Assembly (NCBI GenBank): GCA_013265495.1
Contig: MU057930.1
Coordinates: 822,057 to 886,056, forward strand
Direction: 5' to 3'
DNA length: 64,000 nucleotides
From: Vicugna vicugna
Lineage: Eukaryota
The notes beneath the pieces were generated by a model. That model ran no database searches. It saw nothing but the letters and a program-made list of their open reading frames with translations, and had not been told where the DNA came from. The translations under genes and the position numbers were made by a program. Numbering within the stretch: position 1 is the first letter of the stretch; every line of letters begins with the position of its first letter. Shown piece after piece: positions 12,758 to 25,179 of the stretch.

Positions 12758-13374
12758 AAATACACATTCTTTATCACTTTTCCATTCAGGTAGACAGCTA
12801 AAAATCTTCCAGAGGATTCTCAAATCTATGGGTATAGAGCATATATTGTAACACAGATATTATTATGTTTTTGATAACTAATTTTATTGGCTTCCCTTCA
12901 TTCTTTCTCTATAATTCTACCTGGTTTTTTCTTCCCCACTTGTTTTGCATGAGAATCTTGGAGCAATCACCTACCCAAATGTCTTCATTCTCTCCCTGGA
13001 AATACTTGTTGTAATCAAGAATTCAGCCCCATACCTGAGGTTATCAAGTATGCTTTCCCAATAATTTAGAAGGATGTCCTGCCTTGCTCACTTTGACGAT
13101 TCAACAAATGTTGAGTGAATAAGACACCTGTTTGAATATCATTTCTTTAAGGATGAATTACCTGAAGGTTTTTTAGAAGTTGAGCTCAGATTTCAGGACA
13201 ATGGGGTCATAGAGGACATTTTTAGTTTCCTTTCCCGTTTAGTGGATTCTTACAGAAAATAACACTGAGTGATTTAATAAAACTTTTCTATTTCCACCTT
13301 CAGTAGGGTACGGTGTTAGATTCTGGGTTAATGACATAGGGTTTGGGAGAGCTTACTCTCTCACTTTATTTTTT

Positions 13375-13545
13375 TTTTAATGGAAGTAAAGTCGGTTTAC
13401 AATGTTATGTTAATTTCTGGTGTACAGCGTAGCAATTCAGTCATGCATTTATACATGTATATATCCCTTTTAATATTCTTCCTCATTATAGGCTATTACA
13501 AAATATAGTCCCCTGTGCTCTACAGTAGGACCTTGTTGTTCATCT
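13375..13545 (-). mobile_element. LINE-1 3' end fragment
   Basis: tttacaatgttatgttaatttctggtgtacagc...cagtaggaccttgttg. Confidence 0.85.
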
Positions 13546-13856
13546 CTCTGACTCTAAAAGAAAATAATCAAATATACATGATGGGGGGTATAAAAATTTT
13601 GAAAGCATAATTTCTCATGGAAGAAACGAAGGAAGATAATGAAAAGAATAATGAAGCAGACCATTCTGTAATTATAAGGAGTAGTTCATTTATGTAAACA
13701 GGCAGAACTGTGATTACAGACATTCAGCAGCATGAAAAATAGAACTGTGGATTTTCCAAGTCTGACATTTCATAGTACACAGGCTTCATTAATTTCCCGC
13801 GGGACCGTCTCCGACCGAGTCACAAAGCATGCATGAAACAGAAGGATAGGGCAGAC

Positions 13857-13987
13857 TTTAGATGTCCGATAATCTGCCATTTTGATGATTATTTTTTCAG
13901 ACCTAATTGCCGTTGGGTTCGATTTCAAAGTCACACATCAGATTCTTTGCTGCGTCGCAAAGGTTGGAATAACATTTTGAGTCTTCC
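13857..13987 (-). pseudogene. Possible exon
   Basis: ctatttttgaag|GGAAG; GKTQNVIPTFATQQRI*CVTLKSNPTAIRSEKIIIKMADYRTSK; weak donor GTCTGC. Confidence 0.35.
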
Positions 13988-14429
13988 CTTCAAAAATAGG
14001 GTACACACAAGATGTACTAAAGGACTGGGCAACCCCGGATATATTTACGTGGCAGTTTCCAGGTGCAGATGTGAGTATCCTGAGAATTGGAAGGAGGAAG
14101 AGGCTGATGGGGTCAGGTTTGCAGCAAAGACCTGAGGGAAAGACTAGAAAATGTGTCTGGGCACCAGATAGAGTTATAACTGGGTTGCAGTGCAGGAGAG
14201 CCAGTGGGAACTCAAGCATGAAGCTTCCCACCATCAGCTGCAGGTGAAGCTGGGGGCTAGGACGGACTTGCTTACATGGAGAGGAATTCTAAGCAGGGTT
14301 CTGTCATGCCCCTGACCATCCCACGCCTCCAAGTTACAGTGGATGGGGACATAAGATTTATGAGTATTACGGAAAAGTATACTATAGGGTGTTATTTATA
14401 ATAGTAAGGATTTATACATGAGTTGGGTT

Positions 14430-14810
14430 GGGGGAGAGAGAGATTTATTATGTGAAACTGGTTTATACAGTTCTGGAGGCTGGCTAGTCCCACAACCTAC
14501 CCTCTGTAAGCTGGAGACCCAGGAAGACCAGTTGTGTCATTCAGTTTGAACGCAAAGGCATGAGAAACGAGGGAAGCTGAAGGTGTAAACCCCAGTCCGA
14601 GGTCAGGAGAAGCTCAACAGTGAGGCAGAGAAAAAAAGGTGAATTCTCCCCCCTGCCTCCACCTTTGGTTCTATTCAGGCCCTCGACTGATTAGACGAGG
14701 CCCACCCACACTGGGGAGAGCAATCTGCTTTACCTGGTCTACTGGTTCAAATGCTAATTTTATCTGGAAACCCCCTCACAGACACATTTAGAAATCATGT
14801 TTCATCTGAA
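14430..14810 (-). mobile_element. MLT2-like ERVL LTR
   Basis: gagatttattatgtgaaactgg...gctggagacccaggaag...caatctgctttac resembles reverse MLT2. Confidence 0.75.
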
Positions 14811-15339
14811 CACACACACACGCACACATCCCAGCCACCACAGCTGCTTCAAAAATTAAGCATCTCAAATGAAAACGTGTAGACATTATACATGTGTGTA
14901 GACAATACTTTGCTTTACAAAGAACTTCCCATGTAGCTCCTGAGAAAATTCCTATGGAGAAAGTAAGAGAGTTGGCTCCATTATACAGATGGATAAACGA
15001 GGCGAGAAGGTGTCACACAGCAGCAGTCACTGACCCCCACCTACCAAATTGCATCCTTCTTCTTCCTTCCCTCCAGAACTTCCTAGCAACCTAGCAATGC
15101 TGTTTCTGTAAATTTATTCCAAGTACGGCATTGAATATAGCTGTTCCCTTCCCATCTGAAGCCCCTCCCAGCCCCACCCCCATGGCTCAGAGGGCCGGGT
15201 TTCTTTCCATTTATTCTTCGAACCTGTGCACAAGGTGCTGAAACGTGATCCTGCTCACCCAGGCTGAAGGGGAGCCTTGTCTTCCGAGCAGGCAAAACAG
15301 TCCCGTTCCCTCTTCAGGCTTAATTATTATTATTTTTTT

Positions 15340-15588
15340 CCTTCAAAACCTTGTTCAAGTCTGGTTTCAAAAGAATGGAGATTAGCATGGCGTCTTTGAT
15401 CTGTTGGTCCCCCCGGAGTCTCAGGTAAATACGACTTTTATATTTTCTTAATCGCTCCTGTCAGCCAGGGCTGGCGTCAGATTTCCTAAACTATCATTTA
15501 TAAGGAGGCATGGGGCATTCTGGCTGATCCGCGGACTTGATCTGCATTTCTGAGCCTCCTTTTCAGTTTAAAAGTTCTCTCCTTCACC
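15340..15588 (-). pseudogene. Possible exon
   Basis: ctcagccccag|GGT; GEGENF*TEKEAQKCRSSPRISQNAPCLLIND; no clear donor, end approximate. Confidence 0.3.
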
Positions 15589-15764
15589 CTGGGGCTGAGA
15601 TAGCCCTAAAACGCAATGATAGTCACAAGAACAACATTCAAGCCTGCTCCTACCCTTTTGTTTGTTTGACTTTTAAATCTTAATTGATTTTCTTCCTCTT
15701 CTTCTTTTTTACTGAAGTGTAGTCGATTTACAATGCTAGTACTCTTTATTTATTTATTTTTTAA

Positions 15765-15840
15765 ATGGAGGCACTGGGGATGGAACCCAGGACCTCATGT
15801 ATGCTAAGCATGCGCTCTACCCGTAAGCTAGCCCGTCCCC
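15765..15840 (-). mobile_element. tRNA-Ala-derived SINE (vic-1-like)
   Basis: ggaggcactggggatggaacccaggacctcatgtatgctaagcatgcgctctac. Confidence 0.85.
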
Positions 15841-16097
15841 TCCTGCAATATCCCCTTGAACTCTGGTTTCATAGACTATTGACCCTGTGAAAATGAGAGA
15901 TGTGAAGTGTGGGAGTGCTGACTTGAAAGATCAGGAAGGATCTGAGATGATTAAGCATGTCAAGAGGGATGTTGGAATGTGTGGAGAATGACTCAGCTGT
16001 TTACTGGGAGGGACGGTTAGGTTTGTCACACCCGGCAGGTAGCGTGAGATGGCGTGGAGGTGCCACCGCATGTTTGTTCTAAAAATAGGGCTTGTAC

Positions 16098-16348
16098 CTG
16101 CGCCTTGGAAAATTGCTGCGAGGACTCAACATTTCCAGTGTTTCAGAACATCTCTAATATATTAACTCGGACTTCCTGCAGGCATAATTGCATGATTGCT
16201 GGAGGCGGTAATTAAAGCTGCAGGCACAACCTTGACCTTTCAGGTGGAGCTCTTCGTCCCGTCGGTGGACGCCTTCTGTACTGAGCGGTTTCAGGTCTGT
16301 GTGTTGTGTGTGTCTGTGTCTTAGTTTTGTTAGGCTCATTTTCTCCTG
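16098..16348 (-). pseudogene. Putative exon, degraded
   Basis: ttttccttttcccatag|CAG...GCAG|gtacaa; QGCACSFNYRLQQSCNYACRKSELIY*. Confidence 0.55.
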
Positions 16349-16409
16349 CTATGGGAAAAGGAAAATGTCTCAGAATTGTAGTATGTAAAAATGTAAAGTG
16401 TAGGGCATT

Positions 16410-16836
16410 TTTATTTATTTATTTTATTGAAGGATAGTTGATTTACAATGTGTTAGATTCTGGTGCACAGCATACTGATTCAGTTATATATATAATTTCT
16501 TTTCATTATGGGTTATGACAAGCTATTGAATATAGTTCCCTGTGCTGTACAGTAGGTCCTTGTTGTTTATCTGTTTTATATATATTAGTTAGTATCTGTA
16601 AATCCTGAACTCCCAATTTATCCCTCCCCCTCCTTTCCCCTTTGGCAACCACAAGTTTGCTTTCTACGTCTGTATGTTTCTGTTTTGTAAGTAATTTTAT
16701 TTATATCATCTTTGTAGATTCCACATATAAGTGATATCATACAATATTGGTCTTTCTCTGTCTGGCTTAGCATGATCACCTCCAGGTCCATCCATGTTGC
16801 TGCCAATGGCGTATTTCATTCTTTTTTTTATGGCTG
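16410..16836 (-). mobile_element. LINE-1 3' end
   Basis: Minus ORF AATWMDLEVIMLSQTEKDQYCMISLICGI. Confidence 0.92.
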
Positions 16837-16839
16837 ACT

Positions 16840-18026
16840 TTGAACATGATCCGTGTACCGACACTGGATGCTTGTTTAGATTATATGCAAATTAGAATGA
16901 GGTTATGGAAACATTTATGTGAACAAATGGCTCTGTATAATATCTTTTTGGCAAAATTTTCGAAACTAAAGACTTGAGGAAGATGGCAGGAGGATGGTTC
17001 CAAAAAGAATGTCATTTTGGACGATATCTTAAAACCCTGGGACTGAACACAGGGTTGGAACCTTCTGCAAAGTTGGAAAATCTAAATCCCAGGACAGAGA
17101 CCTGAGGCCGGCAGCAGTTGAGGTGAGATGATTTGAGAAGATTGTTTCAAGGATTGTTCGTTATCATTTCCTCTTATTTGACTGGAAGTGGAGAAACGTG
17201 AATCTCTTCCTTATTGAGCCACACATTTCTTTTTCCAACTGGGCCACTTTTACTGCAGTGAGTGCCCACAAAGGAAGGCACACATGTTCCTGAATCTGTG
17301 ATGAGAAATGTTTGTGCCCCTTCAAACATCCCTGTGCTGAAGTCCTGACCCCCCAAACCTCAGAATGGGGCTGTGTTCGGGGACGGGGCCTTTAAAGAGG
17401 TAATTAAGGTAAATGAGGTCACTAGGTGGGTCCTGATCCTACAGGACTGGGGTCCTTCTAAGAAGAGGAGATGAGGACCCAGACACACACAGAGGGATGC
17501 CCACGAGAGGACACAGGGAGGAGCCACACACCAAGGGGAGAGGGCTCAGGAGACCCCAGCCCTGCTCACACCTTGTCTCAGATCCCAGCCTCCAGGACCA
17601 GGATGGATAATGTCTGGTGTTTAAACCACCCTGTCTGGGGTGTTTGTTACTGCGTGGTTTTATGCAGGAAGAGGTGAAACTGAAGGATTTTTTTTCATGC
17701 CCAAATTGTGAGACCGAAATCACAGATAAAGGAGCACATGAGTCACATGTTCAAAGTCAGAAGTAAGGAAATCCTGGGCCTGTCTGCAGAGGAGCGACGC
17801 GGGTGGAGCAGGGAGCAGAGGACATTGGAAGGCAAGGCAAAGGGGAGGTCGGGACAGCTGAGTTTGTGTTCCCTTTGGAGTTGTGCTGGGTCAGCCTCAG
17901 GCAACGTTAACAGGTGATTGATTAACCGGTAAAAGAGATGTGCTTTTAAAAGACCTGAGCTATTAATGTTGGCCATTATCTTGCCGTTTCCAGGGTCTCT
18001 CTCTCTTTCCCAGTTACACCTGTTCC
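16840..18026 (-). pseudogene. Putative exon or exons interrupted by an MLT1B-like LTR
   Basis: ccccattctgcag|GGAAC; LLKAHLFYRLINHLLTLPEADPAQLQREHKLSCPDLPFALPSNVLCS resembles a SCP...vlC tandem ZP-N junction; coding-like sequence resumes below the LTR (DSGTCVPSFVGTHCSK); 3' end uncertain. Confidence 0.5.
17297..17666 (+). mobile_element. MLT1B-like MaLR solo LTR
   Basis: TG start; gcctttaaagaggtaattaagg, gaggacccagacacacacagaggg, tgtttaaaccaccctgtctgggg. Confidence 0.85.
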
Positions 18027-18316
18027 CTGCAGAATGGGGACGTGTTACGCTGACCTGTAAAATGGACAGGTGCGTGTTCCTACAGTTGCATCCTTGCCAT
18101 GTCTGGTTCTCAAGACTGTTTAATTATTAAGTTTTCATAGGACTGCAGGCTCTTGTAAGCTTAATTAAAGCTCTAATTTCTTCTGGGAAATTTAGATGAA
18201 CTTGTTGAGCAACGACTAAAAATCTCCGGTGAATGAGTTTGGAAAAAGAATAAAAAAGGAAACACTCATGAATCTTCTCAGAGTTAAGGGGGAATCCGAG
18301 TTTCAAACAAACGTAC

Positions 18317-18528
18317 CCAACAGCAGGGAGAAAACAAAATATGCCCTTCTCCAGAAATTTGGCGAGAACTGAGATTAAATTCCACTTTTATTAACGTTTT
18401 GGGTTAAATTTGACATCTGCAGTTTTCCTGCCGTTGTGGCATCCATGCGATTCTCTGATTCTCTTCTTCCTGCTTCTTCTCCCATTATTTTACCTCCTCC
18501 TCCTCTCCCTCTTTCCTACTGGCCAATT
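18317..18528 (-). pseudogene. Putative exon, degraded
   Basis: tgctgtttacag|AATTGG...TGG|gtacgt; LASRKEGEEEEVK*...SRQISGEGHILFSPCCW. Confidence 0.5.
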
Positions 18529-18712
18529 CTGTAAACAGCATAGATGGAGGAGAAATTAAAAAAAGAAAAGCAGTTAAAGGAGTTGGACCATCCAGAGAGT
18601 CGATGTGTGATAAAGGAAAACGGCAAATGTGTGCTTAGAAGTTACGATCGGTGGTTAAGTAAAGACTTGGTGCTGTTGGGCCTCTGTTCTCCGCACCGAA
18701 AACGCACGTTAC

Positions 18713-19016
18713 CTGCTTGTTGCATGACTCCCCTTCTCAGGACGTAATCACCAAATTGTGAAATCTTGACTGCAAAATACCTTAGTTTCTTTTTTCGTTG
18801 TTGTTAACACTTCCATCATTCACACAAATGTAAATTTCCAAAAAGTAAACTATTTTTGAACCCAAAAAGTGGCCACAGGGTGCCACACGAATTCCAGGAT
18901 ATGAGGTACAAACACGTAAAAGTTAAGAGCAGGGTGTGAAGGGTTAACCGTGGTCCGTGTCTGATTCTGAGGTGAGCTGAATTCCCCAGGTCCTGAGGTC
19001 ATGGCCTCCTGCCCCA
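18713..19016 (-). pseudogene. Putative exon, degraded
   Basis: ttttttttcccctcttcag| acceptor and GCAG|gtaacg donor; GQEAMTSGPGEFSSPQ...KVFCSQDFTIW with stops. Confidence 0.6.
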
Positions 19017-19576
19017 CTGAAGAGGGGAAAAAAAATAAAACCATCCTTCCGTGGCTTTAATCAGCTTAGGATTTTCAAGGAAATTACATATGCATCAAGG
19101 GAGATACTCAGGAGAAAAAAAAATGGGAAAAAAAAATCAAGCAAAACAGTTCTGCTGTGCAAACTGCCCCAAATGTGAAACGTGACGTTGAGATCATCAC
19201 TTAGAGGCAGCATTTTTGTCAGTGAGTTAAGAAACCCAGAAGAGAAAAAAACAAAACAAAACAAAATAATCCAACAACCCAAAGCAAATGCTAGTGTTTT
19301 TTCCCTCCCTGTGAATACTGCAATTAAGATACGTGCTTACCATCTTTTTTTTCCCATGTGTTTTGGGAAGGCGAGACAGGTGTCCTGACAGAATACAGTG
19401 AAATCAGACAGGCTAGAATAAGTACAGACTTATGCTATCCATGTTCAAGTGGAGGGAGGAAAAATATCACAAGTGGAAAAAAAAAAAAAAGGAAAGGAAC
19501 CAGAGAGGGATGTGGGGAGCTGCAGGGGAGCCCCATTTCCCACTGGAGTGGAGGCTGGCATGCCACGAGGACCCAC

Positions 19577-20061
19577 CTGGGAGCAGTGCACAGAACATCG
19601 CCCAGAATCCACCACGGTCCATTCAGTCAAGGATGTTCTAAGCCTTCAAGGATTTCATAATTGGCCCACACGAGGGCACAAAGACTGCCCAACAGCTAAG
19701 GACCTTTGGCGACCCGTCCATCCCCAAGCCAGGGCAGAGGTGACCGACCAGAGGGACTTCACGCCACGCCAGACTGGGGTGGGACACACAGGCTTTGCGG
19801 GCACAGGAGGAGATCTCGAATGCAAGAGTTGCAGATTATGCAAGACAATTTCTCAGCGACTCTCGGTGCCTCAGTCTCCTTGGGGGTGACCTTCCGGGCG
19901 CTATTCATCTCAAGTGGCACAGGTGCGCCATGCCTTTTCAGAAATGGAGTGACCGACTCAGCCCTTTTTAGGAGCTCCAGAAATGCTTTGTAAAAATATC
20001 TTGAAATAAGAAGGTTTTGTTCCCCATTTCCCAGTTACCAGAAAAATCCTGCCGTTGGTGC
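19577..20061 (-). pseudogene. Putative exon, degraded
   Basis: ccatccatccag|GCACC; TNGRIFLVTGKWGTKPSYFKIFLQSISGAPKKG*VGHSISEK; candidate donor CAG|GTGGGT. Confidence 0.4.
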
Positions 20062-20753
20062 CTGGATGGATGGAACACTGTTAAACAGTTAATTGAAAGC
20101 AAAAAAAAGATGGAAAAAAAAAAGAGTGATAAATGCTTAATAGTTTTGGTGGCTTTAATTAAAATATCTGTCATGCTTGAGACTAATTAGTAATTACATA
20201 CGAACTTTATCATGTCGTGCCAAGAAAACACTGCTTTGAGTTTCGGCGCAAATTTGAGTTTGAAGTAAATAATTGTTTAAGTCAGAATTAATTACTTCAT
20301 AAATTATGCAGCCACAGGACTGTTTTAATGAACTTATGTTTGTTAATAAATTTGTCAAGGTCTTCTTTCCTCCAGTATTGAAAAGAACGTCATTGAATAA
20401 CTTCTTGCACGTTAAAAGTAAAATACGCAATGGGTTTATCATATACGTGAAAGGGTTTCATGTGCGCCGTGTTTAAGGACACAATATGGAATTTAAAAGA
20501 TAGATGAAGACTGGAAGGTACCTACATAAGTTCAAAAATTAAAATACGCATAGACTTTTGGATGCTTCAATTAGGAGAAGAAATTGTAGGCTATCCACAT
20601 CACAGCATTTGAATATTGGGAGATTGTAGATATAAAACCTTCCGGGACTAAGAAGTACATGGGGTAATTGTCTGCAAATTTTTCGAGGGCGGAAATACTA
20701 GCGAACAGTATCAACGGTGAAGGACCTGTTTAAGCCACAGTCATTGCACTTAC

Positions 20754-21024
20754 CTAAATTCCAAATTATCGTTATAATTTCTCTCTGAGGTCTGAGCCTG
20801 CCAGTCGTGGATTTGTGTCCACGTCAAAGGATGCGTCACGGCCAGGTCTTTAAACAGAACACGGCTGTGTAGAAAGTCGAGTTGAGCGCACATGAAGTAA
20901 ATGTAAGCTTGATTTCCGGCGACGAGCGTGGGGCGTGCATCCTGACGTGTGGACACGGTGGCAGGACAGACGTTTGCTCACCCCACACCCATGTGCAAAA
21001 AAAGTGTGAGGTCTTCATCGGTCC
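20754..21024 (-). pseudogene. Putative exon with Cys2-4 of a ZP-N-like unit; frameshift in a T7 run
   Basis: ctttacag|GGACC...TTAG|gtaagt; GTDEDLTLF, then after a shift at 20997-21003 AHGCGVSKRLSCHRVHTSGCTPHARRRKSSLHLLHVRSTRLSTQPCSV*. Confidence 0.7.
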
Positions 21025-21414
21025 CTGTAAAGCTCAGCCTGCGGCTGAGCTCAGGACCTCACTCTGATTTGCAAAACGTCCCGTCTGGTCGAGGTGAACA
21101 TCAGCTTTGCTCTGTGATTTGGTTTTCCTCTCGTTGTGTTCTTTGTGAAAATGGCTTTTGTGTGACTGTGAGCAACCACTGACTCCCCTTCCCTTTGGGA
21201 CTGGGTCCTTCTTGGCTCCTTCGGGGTCTACACAGCCCTGAGGTTGGGTTGCGATCCCTCTGTGAACACTGAGTGGAGTGAGTTTGGGGAGCAACCCCCA
21301 ACTATATGAACCATGCAGGCATCCATGTCCCATCTTTCCTTCTACACCGAGGACCTTTTCAACGGGTCATCCATTCTATATCTGTGGTTTTCTCAGTCCT
21401 TTGTTACTTTTTCT

Positions 21415-21845
21415 TAGAGGGGAGCCCTGTTCCCCCAAAAAGATGTGCAGAAGTCCGAATCCCAAGTACCTATGAATGTGCCCTTCTTTGGAAATGGGAC
21501 TTCTGCATGTATGATCAAGATAAAGACATCGGAGTGGGTCCTAATCCAACAGGACAGGTGTCTTTTGTAAGAGATGGAGGAAGGAGGAGAAGCCACATGG
21601 AGACGGAGGCAGAGACAGGAGGGAGGTGGCCAGCAATGCAGAGAAGACACCTGGAGCCCCCAAAAGCTTGAAGAGGCATGAAGGACCCTCCCCTTGGAGC
21701 CTCCAGAAGGAACCAGCCCTAACGACGTCTTGATTTTGTACTTCTGGTCTCCAGTACATTAAAAAAATAATAATGATAAATGTCCATGGTTTTGAGACAC
21801 TCGGCTGGTAGTGCTTTGTTATGACAGTCCTGGGAATCGAATAGA
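21415..21845 (+). mobile_element. MLT1C-like MaLR LTR
   Basis: gggtcctaatccaacaggac...gagacggaggcagagac...ggagcctccagaaggaaccagccct. Confidence 0.85.
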
Positions 21846-22513
21846 CGTCTGTATCAAAATGCAAAAGAGAAAAGGGCAGGGGAATACGCAAATGCTCCCA
21901 CACAGCCCCCCTTATGAAAGGATCTGGGGAGAAGGATTTTTGTCTCCGTGCGTGTGGCTTCCAGTTCCTTTTGTCTAGCAAGGGAAAAAGGAGAATGTTT
22001 TTAGGTGATGATCAGGATGAGGATGAGGATGTGCTGAGGGGGCTGTGGTCTCTGTGGTTTGGATTTTTGTTTCTGAAAGTGAATAGTCCGGGTGGGGGGA
22101 GAGGAAGCCAAAGTTGTGGAGAGACGATTATTACCAGGGCAGACGCTGCAGAGCTGTTCAGTCTCGGCTTCAGAATCTCCGAGCACCAGACCTAGACAAG
22201 GTTCTTCATCTCGAGTCCTCTCATTTCCCTGTTTCATGATCTGCCTGTCTTGCATCTCTCTCTCTCTGGGACGTTTTTATTGTTTCTTTAAAATGCCAAC
22301 CCTGTCCACCCCCACACACATCCCTACACTGACCCTCACCGTAGAAACCAGGGTCCCCGAAGCCACGGCCTGGCTGAGTTTGCAGGCTCAGTCCCCAAAG
22401 ACGGCTTGGCACACAGTAAACACTGAATAATTACTCGTGTGCATTTCAATCGATGAATAAATACCTAAATAATTATTCGTACGTTATTTCAGTCCATGAA
22501 TGGACGTGCTTAC

Positions 22514-22675
22514 CCTTCATGGAGGTTTTTGCAAAGATTTTCAGATTCAAAATACCTTTTACGGTCCATGTTGTTTTCTGGCACTGCAACTGCAAATTAG
22601 CCTCAATTAGTAGATTTTCAGATAATGGAAGCAGCCCAGAACGTGTGATTTTCTGTAGTCTTTCTCTAGTGATCT
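22514..22675 (-). pseudogene. Putative exon, 162 nt, phase 1-1, fully open; first Cys of a ZP-N-like unit
   Basis: ctttcgtcttgaattacag|AG...AAGG|gtaagc; reads ITRERLQKITRSGLLPLSENLLIEANLQLQCQKTTWTVKGILNLKIFAKTSMK. Confidence 0.7.
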
Positions 22676-22848
22676 CTGTAATTCAAGACGAAAGAGTATC
22701 TTTTGTGCTTAGCTGACTTTTTTGTTTTTCCAACAGCTGGCATCCAACAGAAAACTCTGTTTTTATCACCTCAGGGTATATATGAAAATGTGTTGCCTGA
22801 AATTAAGAAAGCGTATTGGAAATTTACCACTCGCCTCGGCTCCTTCAT

Positions 22849-22920
22849 TTTATTATATTTTATTATTTTATTTTATTTTATTATTTTATTTTGTATTTTA
22901 TTTTATTTTATTTATTTTTT
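22849..22920. repeat. (TTTTA)n AT-rich repeat
   Basis: Direct observation. Confidence 0.9.
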
Positions 22921-24129
22921 TCTCTCTGAAGACTCATGGATGGCTTTAACAACTTTCTCCCCAGTTGCTTTCCTCCTCCGCCAGTGAGGGAGGCGCGTTG
23001 GTGCACGAGGCCTGAGCGGACCTGACTGAGGCGCGCGAGCGTCCTGTCCCTGCTGGAGGCGTCACTGACACGTCTGAGGGCGTCTTGCAAAGCAAATGAA
23101 AGCAATTAAATGGGAGTAAAAAAAAAAATCCATCGAATGGCAAAAATGAAATTATGACATGACTAGACGGCAACCAAGAGGTGCATCGTAATTAAATAAA
23201 GTGAAACGCCTTACTTTTTTTTTTATTTTTTAAAGGGATGTTGACTTTGAAGAGACTTTTCTTGAGAAAAGCTTGGGATCTGGCAAGGCTCTGGGCTTCT
23301 GGGCGGATCGAAGCAGAACTTTCACCCCGTATGTCTTTGTAGGACGTGAGGAGGGCGGGTGTCCCTCAGGAAGGCTCTCCAGACCTGGAAGCCCCTGAGG
23401 AAATCCTGCAGCTCTGAGTTGGAGGTTTGGCAGCTGAGGGCAACACAGCGCGTCTGGAATAGACGGACGGGAATTTGCCGTTGGGTCCTGCGGCGGGTTT
23501 GCTGGTGAACCTGAGGGCCACTTGTACCCTCACGTCCTTCCTCCTCCTGTTACAGCGACAATGTAGGCGAAGAACCTAGCCCGGAGTGTGGTATACAGTA
23601 GGTGTCTAACACGTAGCAATGACCTGTGATGGCTGTGCTGTGGTGCCTCAGAATAGCCACCCTCCAAACTCGTCTACATCTTCATGCCCAGAAATCCGTT
23701 TTAGACGTCGGGCCCCCAGAACCATAAGATCATTCATGTCATGAAAAGACGGTCAGTGTCACGTGTGGATCCCACGCATTAAGTTAAGGACCATTGCCTT
23801 GACTTGTCCGGGACGTCAGGGTCCATCCCGGGGGGTGGACCCCATAGATCCAGGACTTGACCGTCCCCTCGATGACGCGAGCCAGTTGCTGAAACATCGC
23901 CGTCTTTCTGTCTGTCTGGCCTCCTTGCTTCTGTCTCTGTCTTTGTCTCTCTACAAATACTGTCATGCCCCGTTGGTGCTATTGTTTCTGGAGAAGGCTG
24001 ACTAATACAATAGTCCACATATTATCCAACATTTTTCATATTTTCCAAAGCATGTGGTACCATGTTTCAGATTTTTCTGAACAGTTTTGCATTATTTTTT
24101 TCCAAAACTTGCTTTCTGTTCATTCATTC

Positions 24130-24182
24130 TTTCTCTTTCTTATTTCATTTCTTTTCTTTTTGTTTCTTTTTCTTTCTCTACT

Positions 24183-24278
<96 letters not shown>

Positions 24279-24437
24279 TCCCTTCCTTCTTTCTTTTTCT
24301 TTTTGTCTTTCTTTCCTTCCTCTCTCTCTCTCTTTCTCTTTCCTTTCCTTTTCTTCATGTTTAATGGAAGCACTGAGGACTGAACCCAGGACCTCATGCA
24401 TACTAAGCTCACACTCTACCCCTGAGCTATACCCCTC
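24130..24437 (-). mobile_element. vic-1-like SINE (24362-24437) with adjacent (TTTC)n tract
   Basis: gcactgaggactgaacccaggacctcatgcatactaagctcacactctacccctgagctatacccc next to a TTTC array. Confidence 0.85.
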
Positions 24438-25179
24438 CTCCCCTCACCCCTTCCCCCCGGTTTGCATTATAAAATTTTGTGTGGACCATGAGTCCTCAGA
24501 TGACAGTGTGGGAACCTAACTCCAGCTCCAGCAGGGAAAATGCATCCTCGATGCTAACGTTTGACAAAAGAAGGATTAGTGGAGGGTTTAAAAGAAATGA
24601 AACTTGCACACTTCACATGAGAAACTGTTTGGCTTTGTTCTTGAGTATTACTGAATTTTAATTCCACTGCTAATTAAGTAACACATCATGGTTTTCCATT
24701 CATGTCGCCAAGAGGCAGTTTCTCAAGTGATGGACACATCTGCTCCATCCATGCGCTTTCAAAGATGGAAATGAAGACAAATGTACAGTTTTGCATCAAA
24801 GTTCTCACCTTTGGAGTGACTTGATGCACAGCACACAGCCAATCTGCTGGTAACTTTCCTTATAGGTGCGGGGAACGGGAAAATGCAATCTTTTCAGGAC
24901 AACACAGCCCTCAGCAAATGTGTCGAGCAAGTGAGTTAGATTTCGCATCCTTCATTTTTTTTTTTTTTTATATTTCCTCACGTCCCACAGGCGTGAGCCT
25001 CTCTCTCATTGTTAGCTGGATCACATGGGACTCTTGCTAATATCTGACCTTGGCATTTAGGTAGATTCCCAGCCCAAACTGGATTATGGCTATGACACCT
25101 TTTGGGCAAAGTTTGTAATCGTATGCTTTAAAATGATTGAGGACAGAAGCGAAGGAATGCAGGTTTTCTTTCTTTTTTT

